Positions 31,232 to 32,000 of a stretch of 32,000 nucleotides of DNA are shown here, in pieces. Each line of letters starts with the position of its first letter. The stretch's first letter is position 1. The translations under genes and the position numbers were made by a program. The stretch comes from Kineococcus radiotolerans SRS30216 = ATCC BAA-149. Lineage in GTDB: Bacteria; Actinomycetota; Actinomycetes; Actinomycetales; Kineococcaceae. Where the stretch lies: the NCBI RefSeq assembly GCF_000017305.1, contig NC_009664.2, positions 2,730,001 to 2,762,000 of the forward strand, in the 5' to 3' direction. The notes beneath the pieces are model-generated. The model ran no database searches, had not been told where the DNA came from, and saw only the letters and a program-made list of their open reading frames with translations.

Positions 31232-32000
31232 ACGACGCCGCCGGGGCGACCCCCGAACGTCCCGTCCTGGTCGTGGGGGCGGGGATCTCCGGGCTGGCCT
31301 GCGCCCGGGTGCTGGCCGACGCCGGGGTCCCCGTCCGCGTCCTCGACCGCGGCCGCCGCGTGGGCGGGCGGATGAGCGGGCGGCGGGTCGAGACGGCCGT
31401 CGGCACCCGCGTCGTCGACCTCGGGGCGTCGTACTTCACCGTGAGCGGGTCCGGCGGCTTCGCCGCCCAGGTCGCGGACTGGCAGGCCCGGGGCCTGGCC
31501 CACCCCTGGACCGACACCTTCGCCACGATCTCCGGGCGCGCCGACGACGGCGGCGGGATCACCGGTTCCTCCTCCGGCCCGGTGCGCTGGGGCGCGGGCG
31601 GGGGGCTGCGCACGCTGCTGGACGACCTGGTCGAACCCCCGGGCCGCGAGCGGCTGGACGTCGTGCACGGCATCGACGTCGAGGCCGTCGACGTCGGCCC
31701 CGACGGGCCGACCGCGGACGGGCGCCCCGCCGCGGCCGTCGTGCTCGCGATGCCCGACCCGCAGGCCGCGGACCTGCTGCCGCGCATGGTCGCCAGCCGG
31801 CTGGACGTGTCCGCGCGGTGGAACTGGCGCCCCTGCATCGCCGTGTACGCGGCGTGGCCGCAGCGGTGGTGGCCGGACTTCCACGGCGCCTTCGTCAACG
31901 ACTCCGACCTGCTCGTCTTCCTCGGCGACGACGGGTCCCGGCGCGGGGACGGCGCCCCCGTCCTCGTCGCCCACGTCGCCCCCGACGTCTCCAGCGACCA
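31228..32000 (+). CDS. NAD(P)/FAD-dependent oxidoreductase (renalase-like, COG3380 type); C-terminus outside the window
   Basis: The GTG at 31228 overlaps the DUF3151 stop (GTGA). The N-terminus reads VLVVGAGISGLACARVLADAGVPVRVLDRGRRVGGRM, a Rossmann GxGxxG motif followed by the GGR motif. The frame stays open to the right edge. Confidence 0.8.
   Translation, partial: MNDAAGATPERPVLVVGAGISGLACARVLADAGVPVRVLDRGRRVGGRMSGRRVETAVGTRVVDLGASYFTVSGSGGFAAQVADWQARGLAHPWTDTFATISGRADDGGGITGSSSGPVRWGAGGGLRTLLDDLVEPPGRERLDVVHGIDVEAVDVGPDGPTADGRPAAAVVLAMPDPQAADLLPRMVASRLDVSARWNWRPCIAVYAAWPQRWWPDFHGAFVNDSDLLVFLGDDGSRRGDGAPVLVAHVAPDVSSD

Noticed and set aside
1-32000. Looked for CRISPR arrays, tRNA/rRNA/tmRNA genes, IS elements, integrases, phage genes, toxin-antitoxin pairs, known defence-system genes and a compositional island
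   Set aside because: I saw no regularly spaced direct repeats and no cloverleaf-like or rRNA-like low-GC stretches. I saw no transposase or recombinase motifs and no terminal inverted repeats. G+C content looks uniformly high except for short promoter patches. The window looks like native chromosome rather than a mobile or defence island.

Overview
This is a very G+C-rich segment (by eye about 70-75 %) that looks like an actinobacterial chromosome. It is almost fully coding. I can support about 33 protein genes. I found no rRNA or tRNA genes, no CRISPR array and no transposase, integrase or phage genes. Left to right, the genes are: (1) a minus-strand polar amino-acid ABC importer (binding protein, permease, ATPase); (2) a LacI-family repressor divergent from a GH127 beta-L-arabinofuranosidase plus a sugar ABC binding protein and two permeases, with no ATPase; (3) a MocR-type (GntR + aminotransferase fold) regulator divergent from a YczE-like membrane protein and a YciI-like protein; (4) a small membrane protein and winged-helix regulator pair behind an AT-richer palindrome; (5) a DUF4383 membrane protein and an alpha/beta hydrolase; (6) a three-gene ABC-2 (DUF990-type) transporter next to a DinB/mycothiol-type enzyme; (7) an NrtR-like Nudix regulator divergent from an anchorless SPFH protein, a degenerate NAD-kinase-like protein and a 953-aa FAD/Fe-S oxidoreductase; (8) a sarcosine-oxidase-like flavoenzyme overlapping an M20 amidohydrolase; (9) an F420-type luciferase-like oxidoreductase overlapping a DJ-1/PfpI protein; (10) class II fructose-bisphosphate aldolase; (11) a STAS protein divergent from a PAS-GAF-PP2C-RsbW-kinase fusion, followed by DUF3151 and a renalase-like FAD oxidoreductase that runs off the right edge. 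Most of the window is ordinary housekeeping or accessory metabolism. The two loci I rate most worth a second look are the NrtR-like regulator, with two 21-bp palindromes in front of the SPFH/NAD-kinase-like pair, and the phosphatase+kinase partner-switching module lying between fba and DUF3151. All functional calls rest on motifs read by eye in the translations; no database search was run. The many very long Arg/Pro/Gly/Ala-rich ORFs in the six-frame track are GC-driven shadow frames, not genes.
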